A DNA stretch of 60,300 bases from Haliotis cracherodii (Eukaryota): assembly GCF_022045235.1 (NCBI RefSeq), contig NW_027266273.1, positions 9,489,701-9,550,000 on the forward strand, given 5' to 3'. The notes beneath the pieces are model-generated. The model was not told the origin of the DNA, did no database searches, and saw only the letters and a program-made list of their open reading frames with translations. Position 1 is the stretch's first letter, and each line of letters begins with the position of its first letter. A program made the translations under genes and the position numbers. Shown here in pieces: positions 1-12,155 of this stretch.

Positions 1-69
1 ACCAACTTCTAGAACGCCACTCACAATATCAAGAAGGCTTAAAGTATGAACATGGAGAAGCCTCGTGTG

Positions 70-232
70 AGTGAGTGAGTTTGGTTATACGCCGCTTTTA
101 GCAATATTCCAGCAATATCACGGCGGGGGACACGAGAAATGGGCTTCACACATTGCACCCATGTCAGGATTCGAACCCGGGTCTTCGGCGTGACGAGCTA
201 ACGCTTTAACCACTAGGCTACCCGGCCGCCCC
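70..232 (-). mobile_element. tRNA-derived SINE, family 1 (tRNA-Asp-like head, ACTC-repeat tail)
   Basis: Minus strand reads GGGGCGGCCGGG-TAGCCTAGTGG (A box)...CTCGTCACGC...GGTTCGAATCC (B box) and ends in (ACTC)n. It is flanked by the direct repeat gcctcgtgtg at 60-69 and 233-242. Many more copies occur in the window. Confidence 0.9.
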
Positions 233-2681
233 GCCTCGTGTGTGATGAACTTAAACTGGAACATTGTGTTCACAGTGAGTGAGTTGAACTTAACCGTATG
301 TTGCTGGGTTCAGGAAATGAACGAGTGGTGACGAGTGACGATTTGCCATATTCGTGTCGTAATAGATAGACATAACACCCTTGTGAACACCCTTGTGAAC
401 ACCCTTGTGTGTGTATGTTTCTTGTGTGAGTGTATATGCTCACTGTATATTAACTGCTCTTTTGAGAACATTGGAGTGTTTCATCAGGGATGCCTTTTCG
501 GTCACGCCAGTTTAATAAAATAAGGATGATATCAACTTGCACTACTGGCCAAGTGGCCTAACTTTACCCAACATGTACTCTCATTTCGACCATTGACAAC
601 AGTGGCAGGTAGAACTTTACGCTAAATTCACGAACTTCATATCCTCATCAATAATACTTTAATGAGCAAAAAACTATGTTGAGGCTATGGCAAAGTGCCG
701 TTACGCTGGATAAACAACTGGTTGCAGTTTTTTGTGACGGTAACGTACAGACATAAATACCTCAGTATCAACGGCCGTTTTAATTCTGTGGCGGGGATCG
801 CTCCCGTCCTTATCGAAACAGTCTTGCGTCGCTTAGCTAAGCGTATCATGAAAGCTAAACCGTCATTCATGTCTAGACTTAAGTTGTTTATAACATGACT
901 ATATGTTATATTTCAATAGACCTTTTTGAAAGAACTGAAAGCATTAAATCTATAAACACCCTTCAATAACGTTTCTCAAGCTCTATATTTAAGCCGGGAG
1001 AGGGCTGTCGCTGACAGATTAAAGACAACATTATGTACTCGCTGTGAACTTCCTGAATCTAGCTGCACAAAAGTTTCAATCTGCCTTTCGGAGAGTAGTA
1101 GTAAATATGGGTACAAGAGGTTCGGGAGAGAGAAAATATTGGTAACACTCTCTACTGGTGAGGTGCTTCAGATGTTGTGCCAGAAAATAAACATTCCTTC
1201 TACTTTTTGTCCATTGTCAATGGTACATACAAATCTTCCCAAACCATCCAGGCAAAATGTGGTTTCCGGATGTTCAGGATTATTAGATATACTCAAATAT
1301 CTTGATGTCTATTGTTATCAGTGGACATGACATGCTTACTTGTCTAATACAGAACAGTTTGTTTGAACAGAACAGAATTTATTATTATTAGGAATGGGCA
1401 AATAGGAATACAGGTAGTATGACATGTCCCCGATTTTGACCGCCCGGGCCAAGTCGGACCCAACACAAGCCAAACACTTCTGATAGAGACTGTGTTGAGA
1501 ATGTAGAGGGAAACGGGCTTCACTTTGAGCCCCTTGTTTTCTCAGCGATCTGAGACACTATAAAGTGGTATTTTGGTAGATATTATACTAGTTTATAGAT
1601 GTGAATCCATATGATGATACATATGTGAGTTTAAAGTTGATTTTGACAGCCCGGGCCAAGTCGGATCGAACACTTGTGTGACTGTTGAGAGTATAGGGAG
1701 AAGAGATCTACTTTAACTTTAAGTACGATGAACATTGACATTATAAATTGGTATTTACTTAGATATAGTACGTTCCTATAAATATAAACGCTATGCCGAC
1801 AGGTGGAAATTTGTATCACGATAGCTAGAAGTATTTGATGAGTTTCAAATCTTATTTCGTTTAACGATTGCTCTTTTACATGTTACCTAGATCAGCGACG
1901 CTTACACACAGCTCAACTTTCTGGTTTTCAAGCGTTTTACTCCGAATTACTAAATTATGGTGCACTTTTTTTGTTTGGTGATTGTTCATTAATGTCATGT
2001 ATGTATATTGCATCAATTATATGTAGGTATGATCGCCGATAATGAAGTAATTAGCCAATAACACTTTGGCCCGTCATGGTCCGGCCCGGGCCGACTTTTA
2101 GACAATGCCTCTTTTCATTACTCCACAGCGGCGGTCCCTCTCTTTTTTTTATCTCAATTTTTCTTTTATTGATATCATATATATAAAAAATCACATATTG
2201 ACACCATATCATTTCAAGGGATGTTTGTTTGAATAGAAATAAATCGAGTTTCTGATATCAAAAAATGAATTGTTCGATTTGGTTTAGATTTCGATAGATT
2301 ATTTCAGATACCACAAATTCATTTTTTTTCATCATAAAATACATTGATATCACAAATACATTTTAAGATATCATAGACTGATATTTAACCATCGAATCAG
2401 TGATTACTTACTATTTTATGATATCGATAATTATCTCTTCTAATGAAATCGAATAATATTAAAATCATAGTAATCACGACCGTAGCGACCGAAAGAGGCA
2501 TTTAAACAGTCTTCGTCAGGGTATTCGTATGTTGTGAAAAAATCCCATTAAAATTCGCTTTCGTGATTTGTGCTCGATCTGATCTGTGCTTATAGTATCT
2601 GTGTCTGAACTTCATTGTGTAAAGACAGTATGATACATATAAGAGGTTTGATAATTTGACGGGATATAAGGTGAGGTGAGG

Positions 2682-3000
2682 TGAAATAGGGTTTAACGTC
2701 ACGTCCAAGATTATTGCACTTATATAGCGACGTGCAGGCACGTGTATGTGTGTAGTAGTAGATTTATAGTGCTAGCACACTGAGATACCATGCCGCAGTT
2801 TAACATGAATACCCCACTCAGACACAGTATAGTGACCTCGAGCCGACCAGTCCTTGTTTTGGCCCCTTAATGCCGAGCGCCAGACAGGGTAACAACAAGT
2901 ACCATATTTTAACGTCTTTTGATATGACGCGGCTGGGGATCGAACCCCGGACCTTCCGCTCTCCGGGCCGACGCTCTACCAATAGACCACAGAGGCGGTG
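2682..3000 (-). mobile_element. tRNA-derived SINE, family 3 (Meta/MESC-like central domain)
   Basis: A box TGGTCTATTGG, B box GGTTCGATCCC, central block AACAAGGACTGGTCGGCTCG..GTCA.TATACTGTGTCTGAGTGGGG and a (CTCAC)n tail. The domain name is from recalled resemblance only. Other copies at about 7326-8100, 13665-13970, 16030-16500, 23340-23555, 27398-27690, 39555-39855 and 42300-42630. Confidence 0.8.
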
Positions 3001-3848
3001 ACGGGATATTAGACGATTCCTTTCCTAACATTGTATAAATAATTTTGACTTATTAAAATAGGCCTAAACAACATATTTTGTGTATATTACTCAATAATTT
3101 GTGTAATAAAAGTCTCATCCGTCGGTGTTGATATACGCCGGCCTTCATTCTCAAGTTTTAGTTGATAAGTATAGATGTGAAGCGTGAAAACACGTGCATG
3201 TTCTTCCGAAGTCTATATCTGTCAGTGGTGATATACGCCTGCCTTCATTCCCATGTTTTACTTGACAAGCGTTATGTGGTAATCGTTAATACTCCATGTC
3301 CGGCGAGGGAAGTAAACATTACTCTATGATAGCACGCCCCTCCGAGACAACTTGTATTTTTTGTCAATTCTGCATACTCATGTCTTTCAAAACTACCAGG
3401 TGATCTATAAATTCAGATACATTGTGTAAGTATTGTGGAGCAACATTAAATAAACGATAATTGAACATGGGACCATATCATGACATCTATGAGCATCAGT
3501 GGTATAAGTAACGGCCTTTTTAGGGGGTCCCTCTAAAAATCCAATAAACATACAAACACCCACCTCACCCGGCTCCCTCAGTTCCCTCCTCCACCCACTT
3601 CGGCATTTATTCCAAATTTAAAAATTCCAAAAATTCAATATAAGCAACCCCTAAAAGCCCCCTCTTGGGTTGCACACACCGCTTTCACCCTTTTCGGAAT
3701 ACACTAAATGGCCCGGCCAGGACCGTGTGCGAAATACGCTACAGTCGGAAAGCGCACGTAAAATCTCCTATATCAGTCAGTCAGTCAGTCAGTCAGTCGG
3801 GGGTACCTCACTGATGAGAAACACCGAATAAAGACTGGCCACTAACAG

Positions 3849-3871
3849 ATGCTTCTCTGGGCTATTTTAAG
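3849..3871 (+). CDS. candidate alternative first coding exon of thioesterase gene A (MLLWAILR)
   Basis: ATG CTT CTC TGG GCT ATT TTA AG|GTAAGA: a strong donor in phase 2, which is the phase required by the exon at 6627. Confidence 0.4.
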
Positions 3872-4227
3872 GTAAGACATGTTCACTTGATATATATTGT
3901 ATGTCCTTAAACTATATTCCTATTTTCCTGTTTTCTATTGCTTTCCATGTTGTTTGTTGATTGAATATAATCATTTTAAACATAGGCATTGATTAAGTAT
4001 ACCACTGAAGTTATTATTATAGTTAGCTTAGATCTTGTAGCACTACAAATAATCTAACGATATGGTGTATATTAATATTACTGTATAAATAACATATAAT
4101 CAGCCTCGTGGAAGCGAAGTCGCTCTTGTTTGTGTGTTGTCAATTTTATATTGTATTGCATGTTTGCAATCAAAGTGTATGTAAATGAATGTACCTTAAA
4201 ATGAAGACTGTGCGTTCATTTCAAATG

Positions 4228-4394
4228 GGGGCGGTCGTGTAGCCAAGTGGTTAAAGCGATCGCTCGTCACGCCGAAGACACGGGTTCGATTCCCGACATG
4301 GGTACAATGTGTGAAGCCCATTTCTGGTGACCCCCGCCATGATATTGCTGGAATATTGCTAAAAGCGGCGTAAAAACCATACTCACTCACTCAC
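4228..4394 (+). mobile_element. tRNA-derived SINE, family 1
   Basis: Full-length copy with A and B boxes and 12-bp target duplication tcatttcaaatg (4216-4227 and 4395-4406). Confidence 0.9.
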
Positions 4395-5477
4395 TCATTT
4401 CAAATGATTCAAACTACCCTTGGTGTAATTAATGTATAAACAATGTACTTATTAAGCGATTTAACTATACTGTTCACCCAAAACGCGTGAGCGCACACAA
4501 TACTTGTTTTGATCAGCTGCTCATTCATTGCGACATGTTCAGTATTGTTAAGCTCTATTTATGTATACATTGTACCCATCCAATGACATGCCGTTCTGCA
4601 TATGTTTTCTGATAATTAACTGTAGTTTTGATATAAAAGATGTGGACATATTATTCAACTAACAGATTGAAATGATATATTAATATTTGTGTATTCTTAT
4701 CATTCGGTTCAATGTGTACTCTGTAGTGTTGTATCAAAGTAAAGCCTATCATTCCGTTCTTCATAAATTTCAAAGACCATGTAAGATTATTTTAGTAACT
4801 GGAAACACATGTAGCACGTGTCTTACTGAACTGTCTTATCTATTAACAATATATTGTCTCAAATGCGCTATATCACGGTGTATTTATTTTCAACCAAATG
4901 TAAAATTGTCTTCGTTTCATTGTTTTAAAATGCACTTTTTGAATGATTCATTGTCAGTATGGTTTATATTGTAACTCTTAATTCATATTTGTCGGAGTAC
5001 TTTAATTGCCTCTGATTGTGCTTTTGCTTAAGTTTTATTGTTATATGTGAGTGACTGATGTGATATACCGTATAACGACCACTAATAGATGCTTCTCTTG
5101 GTTGTTTAAAGGTGTGCGATCTCGAGCTAATTCTCCGACAATAAATTCTAGGTGTTATAATCAGCCTAGACCAAACATAAACGTTAAAGGTTATTATACA
5201 GGTCATAAGTTTTTTTTTGATAATTGGATACATCACGAGGGGAAAATAATGAATAAGAATAATAATTAATATCACGAGGGATTATATCAACAATCAAGAG
5301 TTACCTCCCTTGTTGTGTCAGGTTGTTTGAGCGAGTCGCTTTCACAACCGTATATATACGTTTACCACCCCTTCAGCTTTTCTTTCACCCCAAGGGAGAC
5401 TTTGGGTTTAGGGTGTTTATAATCACACGCACGTGTTGATTACTCACACTGCGGATTCTCTCAAGTTATTGACCGGA

Positions 5478-8400
5478 ATGTTTTCAACTCGAACATCGTC
5501 TGTCCGCCGACACGCTCTGCAGAGGATTTTGAGATGTGGTTATGGCAAGCTAGATCTACACTGTCCGAGTATAGGGCGACACTTCAGCGCAGGAGAATCG
5601 TCAGAAAAGAATAGTTTCACTCCCGGGCCAATTACGAGGTAAGTAAATACAGACATAGGAAGGCTTCACAGGCCTGTGGAAAGCTTGTGTTGTGATTAAT
5701 AAACTGGTCAAAGGTCGAAATCAGTCGAAATGAGAGTTACCTCCCTGTGATTGCTTCGTGTTATATATTGCTATCTTTCTCCATGTATTTTACTGTTTAC
5801 CTATTGTTTAACCCATTGACCCGGACTTGATTCAACAATGCGTTTCCCGTGAATGATTAATTAAGTCTGGTATCTTACAACCTTGGCCGGTATTCAGTTT
5901 TGATAAATTAAATACAACTGGAGTGGTCTACTCCCGATAAACCAAATAACCCAACTGTTCAGGCCAAAGTGGGTCACTAGATCATGGCTTTCAATAGATA
6001 ATTGACGTGACTTATTTAGCCACAAAGTTATAATCTGATATGCTCATAGCATATCTTTTTTCTTAATATTGTGTCATTTTCGCTGTGCGGAATTGCGTTC
6101 CGTGGTTGTGTCATGATCCGCCGGTTGTCGGTTCGAATCCCACATTCGCCATAGTACTGATCCTTGGTCTGTCAGAAGCACACTCCAGCTAGCAGGCCTT
6201 TAGGCCTTGAAAACGTATATGAAACGGAATTGGGTTACCGATGGTTTCGACCCGTGAAGTTCTGGGTTAGATTTGGTCTTTAGCAAACCACGCTTGTAAG
6301 GAGCGACTAACGGGATCGGGTTGTCAAGCTCGCTGAATGGGTTGATGCATGTCATCGTATCCCAACTGCGTAGATCGATGCTCATCATGTCAATCACTGG
6401 ATTGTCTGGTCCAGACTCGACTATTTACAGACCGCCGTCATATAGCTGGAATATTGCCGAGTGCGGCGTTAAACAAGAAATAAATAAACAAACAATCAAA
6501 CCGTGGGCTTTCCTCCCCATCAAGCTGACACGCCTTGAACTAACTGAAACACGGCAAAAAGCGTAAAAACCAAACTCACTATTTTTTTAATTCATTTTTA
6601 ACAGTGTGACTTGAATCCTGTTATAGACGCTACCTGGCTTACCTGAAGGATGTATACCGCCTGACAGTTGCCGAGACGGAGGAGGAGTCAGTGATACACA
6701 CGCCGGGGTTGTCTTATGAATCCATAGACAGAGATGGTAATGGTTTTTAAAATTATTTTTTTAAATTCCTGTTCGTCATAATAATAAAAGTCTGTTTGTA
6801 TGGCGTACATGCTGGATATCATGTTTATAGTCCACAGACAATTATTACCCAGGTCAGTGGATCAGTGTGCACTCGATGTTCATTCTCAGCTCCCCGAGGA
6901 GTATACAATCCACCTTGTTTACCATCTATTCCTATTGGGTACCCACTCTGTTCTGGGTGAACATAGACATATTTTGAACCAAGTATTATTAAGGTAAGGA
7001 AGCCTGGTTTAAATCCTCAAGGATATAACAGCCAACCCAAAACTCTACCCATTCAGGGCCATCTGATGTCTATCATTCTGGTCAGGAATCCATTTCACAA
7101 AGCGATCTCAGCAAAACTCCATATTTGGCCGAGGATGAATTATTTGTCCACTGGTCTAAGGTGCTGTATTTCGTTGAATAGAGTTGTAACGTTTAGCTGT
7201 GCCAGGATTTGCTTGTAGTGTCCAATGCCATATTCGTTCCAATTATGATCCTTGGTTTCAATATCATCAGGAAGCTGATGCGATATGTCTTAGGTCTTCG
7301 TGACCTCGATTTCCAACATGAAGGTGATCGCCTCCGTGGTCTAGTGGGGACCGGGGAGCGGAAGGTCCGGGGTTCGATCCCGGCCGTGTCATACCCATCT
7401 TCCCGAGGCAAGAGAGTTAACTGACTTTAAAAGTCCAGTTTCCACCCTTGCCGAACTAGGATTGAATTACTGGGCTCGACCGTTGCGCCCCCAATGGCTA
7501 TTACCAATTATGTCCCTTCTTAGCCTCTCCCATGGACCAATCAGATTCCACCTCTCGTATCACTTGCGTTTGCTTCACACAAAAAGGTGGTGCCCAGTCA
7601 GGACGATCTGATCGATAATCAAGATCTGTATTGTGATAAAACGGGTCTTACATCGCGAAATGCATCAAATCACGTGAACACCTTGATTAAAAACATGAAA
7701 GGATTTGGAAAATATCTGCTGACAACGAATTGGCGATGCACATGCTTTGCAAAACCTGCAATCGATCGAAATCTGCACGACAGTTTACGAACCGGATTTC
7801 GATTTTGATTGGACTATGCATAGACTCGTTAGCCCAGACAAAACGTAACTCCATATTACCAGCCTAGTTCGGCAAGGGTGGAAACTGGACTTTTATAGTC
7901 AGTTAACTCCTTTGCCTCGGGAAGATGTGTCATACCAAAGGACGTTAAGAGCTGTACTTGTTGTTACCCTGTCTGGCTTTCGGCATTAAGGGGCTAAAAC
8001 AAGGACTGGACAGCTCGGAGTCAGTATACTGTGTCTGAGTGGGGTATTCATGTTAAACTGCGGCATGGTATCTCAGTGGGCTAGCACTATAAATCGGCAT
8101 CAGGGGGTGGCCTAAAGCTACCGGTGCAGCGTAACAACTGTTTTCATTGGCTGATATGTTTGCCTAGTTCATCTATCTTGTGATTATACGTGTACTGGTT
8201 CTGCTATTTCTGCTAATCCTTCAAAAAGAACAACAATGAGACCCGTAATGTATTATAGAATCCGAAGCAGAAGGGGGCTGTGGGGTAGCCTGGTGGTTTA
8301 AGCCTTCGCTAGTCTCACCAAAGACCCGGGTTCGAGTCCCCACATTAGTGCAATGTGTGAAGCCCATTTCTGGTGTCCCCCGCCGTGATATTGCTGGAGT

Positions 8401-9476
8401 AATTCTACCAGCGGCGTAAAATCATACTCACTCACCGAAGCAGAAGCCAGATCGTCATGATTGTTGACATTGCGCAGCGCGTCAAAGACCGGGTACACGG
8501 TTTAACCCCACTAAAGGGAATCCCCAAAGTGGCGGAATTTTTCGTTTGGGGGACGATAATGCCTGTCGTTTTAACCCTCCGGTTTACGCTATTTCCGTTT
8601 TTCGTAAAATTTAATTTTGGTGAAGAAATTATGATTAAGTGTGTCCTAAAGTATTAAAATCTTCAAAGTTCCTATGCTGGCTTTACTTTCTTTTTAATGA
8701 ATAGGTTAAGACGGAAACTTTGTTTTGCAGGAAACCCCTCAATGCCGAGTCTTATGAGATTTGCAACAACAGCAAGAATATTTGCCACCCACGTTCCTCT
8801 TGATGAGACTGGAAGGACGATGTTTGACTACGCACAACTCACCTCCGACAGACTGACATTCGTGGCTTCGTCAGAGGTGATATCAGAAAAGGCAATGTAT
8901 GATACATCTGTACCCAAGAGTCCCTTAGATGTTTTGTATCAACTCGGGTATGTTGGCAAGTCATCCCTCAGTACTGTAGCATCCATCGTTGTTCCTTCAA
9001 CCGGACAGACGATCCTCAGAAACACCAATCATCTTGTTGGAATGGATAAAACAAGCAGACGACCCAAACCACTTCCGGATTGGTGGCGGGAGAAACATGG
9101 CGGATCCGCCATCTTTAAGGATCCTCTGATAGTTCCAAGACTGCAAAGACCCACTGACGCTGTTCAATACAAAGTCAAGGTTGCTTGGACGCACACTGAC
9201 AATTACAATCATACTAACTACACCACCTATGTTGACTTCTGCATCGACGCTTTGCATTATGCTATAGAGAAAGGTTGTTTGGGAGCCCTGACCAAGGACG
9301 TTGTAAAGCGTGGTATCAAGTCCATGAGGAACACTTACATAGGAGAGAGTTTAGAGAACGAAGAGCTTACTATTGAGGTTTGGTCGTCAGACCAAGATGA
9401 CAGAACTGTACATTTCGATATTCAGAAATTGGGCCAGTCAATATTCCAAAGCACGTTTGTATATCATGATGACTGA
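5478..9476 (+). CDS. double hot-dog acyl-ACP/acyl-CoA thioesterase-like protein, paralog A (3 coding exons)
   Basis: Exons 5478-5638 (MFSTRTSSVRR...GPITR, AG|GTAAGT), 6627-6736 (RYLAYLKD...GLSYESIDRDG) and 8731-9476 (GNPSMPSL...QSTFVYHDD*). Introns are GT-AG in phases 2 and 1 and give one open frame. The motif VAWTHTDNYNHTNY resembles the D-x-N-x-H-V-N-N region of acyl-ACP thioesterases. Confidence 0.85.
6249..6497 (+). mobile_element. SINE-like repeat, family 2 (no tRNA head; GTAAGAGGCGACTAA motif; AAAC tail)
   Basis: About 250-280 bp dispersed repeat. Copies at about 9907-10163, 15647-15810, 20057-20297, 22500-22720, 26478-26680, 27873-28197, 35073-35285, 40905-41100, 44482-44760, 47475-47655 and 48895-49115. 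Here it interrupts a family 4 SINE remnant (about 6082-6580). Confidence 0.8.
7396..7927. mobile_element. non-autonomous DNA transposon (MITE-A), 9-bp TSD, inserted in a family 3 SINE
   Basis: Terminal inverted repeats of about 60 bp starting CATCTTCCCGAGGCAA and ending TTGCCTCGGGAAGATG. TSD tgtcatacc at 7387-7395 and 7928-7936. A second full copy is at 57806-58350. Confidence 0.92.
8274..8434 (+). mobile_element. tRNA-derived SINE, family 1
   Basis: A and B boxes present; TSD ccgaagcagaag at 8262-8273 and 8435-8446. Confidence 0.9.
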
Positions 9477-9906
9477 ATGATGTTTTTGGTGTTTGGGTGA
9501 TCCTATTTGCCATGAGTGATAATTTGTATTGATGGAAATAGATGTATGTCTCGGGCAAATTAAATATTACTTTTCTCAGGACATAAACTTGATGTCAAAT
9601 ATGAAGCGAGTTATTATTCAGTTTATTACCAGAAATGTAATTTGATGAAGTATAAAACAAACACATTCACCACCCTGTATTGGGCGACTGAGAGAAAGGT
9701 CAAGGTCACAACGTTTGTTGACCAATCCACAAAGAAAGTCAGGCTAGGGATGTCATGGCGCAGTCAAAATAATTTATCGTTATGTTTTTCTCCAGTAAAG
9801 GTTAACGACAAAATGAAATGTTGTTGTCAAATCAGGTTGAAATGCAGTATTACTGTTTCAACAATACAGTAACGTCTTATCTATCCTCTATATCTCAATA
9901 TCTACG

Positions 9907-10163
9907 GACCCGTGTACAGAATAGGTCTTTTGTAAGACTATGGCGACTATGCTTGCCGTAAGAGGCGACTAACGGGATCGGATGGTTAGGCTCGATGACT
10001 TGGTTGATGCATGTCCTCGTATCCCATTTGCGTAGATCGATGCTCAAGTCATGATATTAATCACTGGATTGTCTGGTCCAGACTCAATTATTTACATACC
10101 GTCGTCATATAGCTGGAATATTGCCGAGTGCGGCGTTAAACGACAAACCAACGAACCAACCAA
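9907..10163 (+). mobile_element. SINE-like repeat, family 2
   Basis: Matches the other family 2 copies through to the GCGGCGTTAAAC tail; followed by (GT)n. Confidence 0.8.
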
Positions 10164-10164
10164 C

Positions 10165-10166
<2 letters not shown>

Positions 10167-10206
<40 letters not shown>

Positions 10207-10220
10207 CGTGCGTGTGTGTG
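10167..10220. repeat. (GT)n microsatellite
   Basis: Directly visible. Others at 18139-18182, 45547-45609 and 50303-50356. Confidence 0.95.
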
Positions 10221-11168
10221 ATATTATTTTGAACAGTCCGAAGCATAATTATATTATTCAAGATTTTTCGGGAGTATAGTGAAAGAGTTGTTTATAGTAA
10301 CATACTGTTTGTGTCACATTTTAAGTTTCTGAAATTGGCAGATTCGTATAAGTATTGATTAGACTTCGGCACTATTGTGCTAAAGTTCACAACCGTGTTC
10401 CTGATAATGCTTTCTTGACACATTACCCTTTGATAAGGGTACCAAAGATTATAATATGTTAACTACATATTGGCCTGTTCGTCCGACGACTGTCGTGACG
10501 GTGTCTTTTTAACCTAACTGTTGACATGCCGCCGCGGGAAATTGAAAGTGGACAGGTTCAAAAGAAGGATGATTTTATTGTGCTTTGTATAATTTACATG
10601 TTTTACATACATCATTAAGTTTATTATTAAAGTGAAGATTAAACAAAGGAATATCCACATATAGAAGCACATATAAAAGATAATAATTGTGATAATACTC
10701 GCAAGTAGGTTTGATCATACATATTTTAATTGTGTGCTATTTTGACCAGTTTCTGTTACAAAATCATGTTTCAGAAAATAATTTAAAAGCGTACATAAAA
10801 TTTTCAACTAATATCGAGTTAATATAAACACTACGGTTAAGCTACGGGTGTAATAAGAGAATTCAAGATCTTTGAAAAACGACCATATTTCAGTTTATCA
10901 CTCAGTGTTCACATACCGCTAGGGGTACCACAAATAGTGGACTTGAAAGTTGTAACGTTAAAATATATTAGTGTGTCGCGTAAGTGTAAACCAGTAAGAG
11001 TTAACTCCCTTTTCGAATCGTGACACGATACGAGAGGTCAACAAGTATGTTTATTGTTCGACAAACTGCCATTGCACTATTTCCCTTCAATGCATGTAAA
11101 GCGACAAGAAAGTTCAAAAATAACACGCCGAACATAAAAAAATGAGATGCAATATCTTCAACAAAATT

Positions 11169-11512
11169 AGTGAGTGAGTAAGTGAGTATGGTTTTACGCC
11201 GCTTTTAGCAATATTCCAGCAATATCACGGCGGGGGACACCAGAAATGGGCTTCAGACATTGTACCCATGTCTGGAATCGAACCCGGGTCTTCGGCGTGA
11301 CGATCGAACGCTTTAACCACTAGGCTACCCGACCGCCCCATCAAAGTTAGTAGCATTAGCCTAGTGGTTAAAGCGTTCGATCGTCACGCCGAAGACCCGG
11401 GTTCGATTCCAGACATGGGTACAATGTCTGAAGCCCATTTCTGGTGTCCCCCGCCGTGATATTGCTGGAATATTGCTAATAGCGGCGTTAATCAATACTC
11501 ACTCACTCACTC
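11169..11512. mobile_element. head-to-head pair of family 1 SINEs forming a long inverted repeat
   Basis: Minus copy 11169-11339 and plus copy 11357-11512; arms of about 150 bp are nearly perfectly complementary. Confidence 0.92.
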
Positions 11513-12155
11513 TAAAGTATTTATATCAACAATCGACATTCAATTTTCCCTGACGCATATGTGAATACATATATACCATTAATACCATGTTAATCATATT
11601 TTTAAAAATGCATTTGAGGCGGTCGGGTAGCCCAGTGGTTGAAGCGGTCGCTCGTCACGCTGAAGACCCGGGTTCGATTCCCGACATGGGTACAATATGT
11701 TAGCCAATTTCTGGTGTCCCCCGCCTTGATATTTGTGGAATATTGCTATAAGCGACGTAAAACCATTCTCACACATTATAAAATGCATTTATTCATTATT
11801 GAATAAATAAATAAAACTAATTCGATTTGATAATGCTTGATGAGTACCGCCCTCAGGAATTCAGTAGTTATCGGCAACTTTTTCGTATAGGCCTTGGTGT
11901 CGTGTTATTAATTAATAACTTAAACATTTACATATTCCTGGAATATTGCCGAGTGCGGCGTTAAACAACAAACACACAAAACTTGGACGGGTGCTTCGCC
12001 GACTCACTCGATCCGTGCACCAAGACAGGAAACCAGTCAAAGGTAGCGCATCATTTCCCTGACCATGTCCGTGTAGAACACAGGGAAGTAGTTGCGCTGA
12101 CAAGCCACGACAAATAGTTTGACTGATTAAACCTTGATCAGGAGAAGTTATTGTG

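Noticed and set aside
1443-2100. Repeated CCCGGGCCAAGTCGG blocks
   Set aside because: A short local duplication is visible, but I could not find termini, a TSD or coding signal to assign it.
4228-4300. tRNA genes
   Set aside because: The tRNA-like A and B boxes continue into a shared body and simple-repeat tail with target duplications, so they are SINE heads.
8697-8730. ATG at 8697 as the start of thioesterase A (likewise the starts at 18020, 14653 and 22421)
   Set aside because: Paralog similarity begins at the AG acceptor before the GN codons, and upstream exons supply the frame.
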